Assembly: GCA_024626585.2 (NCBI GenBank)
Contig: JANKJI020000002.1
Coordinates: 167,183,578 to 167,219,910 of the forward strand
Length of the DNA: 36,333 nt
Source of the DNA: Ginkgo biloba
Lineage: Eukaryota; Plantae; Ginkgophyta
Direction: 5' to 3'
A model generated the notes under the pieces. That model saw only the letters and a program-made list of their open reading frames with translations. It was not told the DNA's origin and made no database searches. The position numbers were made by a program, and so were the translations under genes. Positions 35,767 to 36,333 of the stretch are shown here, piece by piece (position 1 is the stretch's first letter; every line of letters begins with the position of its first letter).

Positions 35767-36333
35767 GACTTTTAAGAAAGGGTCTTAGTCAACTATTTCA
35801 TAGGTTTATGTCTATCACTAATTATCTTGAACTCATGGGAAAATAAGAATTGGTAGAAATCCATCAAGGGCTTAGTGGAAATGATTCCATGTGGAAAATA
35901 TTTCTTCATGGTATTTTTGAAGACAAGGAGGAAAGAGAGGCATTATTTAAAGGTGACCCTTAGTTTATGGGTAGAAATACTCTTTTTCTCAACTATTATA
36001 ATCTCAACTTTAACTCCACAAAGGATTATAAAGAAGTACCACTATGGGTACATTTACCTTGTTTACCCTTCCCCCTAATTAGAGAAGAAGTGTTGGAAGA
36101 GATTGGTAACCTATTAGGCAAACTTGTTAAGATTTTTTAAGGAACCTAGAAGAACATACCTTGTTCCAGAATATGTATTAATAAAAATTTAAGTGTAGGT
36201 CTACTAAATTCCATCGGGCTCAACTTTGGAGATTATCACCATATCTAATGATGTGACTACAAAGACATCTTGTATTGTTGTAACGTATGCAATGAATATG
36301 CACATTTTGTATGTTACTATACCAAATGTCCTT
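35767..36333 (+). mobile_element. L1-clade LINE ORF1 pseudogene (DUF4283 plus zf-CCHC_4)
   Basis: ERVLVNYFIG..NSWENKNW..IPCGKYFFMVF/FEDKEEREALFKGDP*FMGRNTLFL..VPLWVHLPCLP..VLEEIGNLLGK..RICINKNLSVGLLNSI..DYKDILYCCNVCNEYAH, with stops and a frameshift. Confidence 0.92.

Overview
AT-rich, heavily gapped eukaryotic DNA with no intact host gene. Plant origin is indicated by a PLS-type PPR fragment, an L1 ORF1 with DUF4283/zf-CCHC_4 and a tRNA-iMet primer binding site; the element types suggest a gymnosperm (inference). The window is a graveyard of decayed mobile elements, all identified by manual translation and motif recognition, not by database search. Conventional plant elements: Ty3/gypsy gag and protease fragments, several LTR/PBS/PPT ends, an L1 ORF1, a tRNA-derived SINE and a MITE. 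More unusual: a Penelope-like RT fragment with Naiad/Chlamys-type motifs (4890-5460); two very decayed LINE ORF2 fossils resembling the mostly metazoan CR1/L2 group (100-2260 plus; 30120-31015 minus); an RTE/RTEX-like fossil (15150-16700); and a PPR motif lying about 760 bp downstream of an LTR element's PBS (2971-3081). A ~2.7-kb segment is duplicated (7550-10228 and 21797-25427), and each copy carries its own later insertions. A CpG-retaining, repeat-free island (33420-34280) is a candidate regulatory region. ORFs that run through N gaps are artefacts, apart from the real element fragments at their edges.
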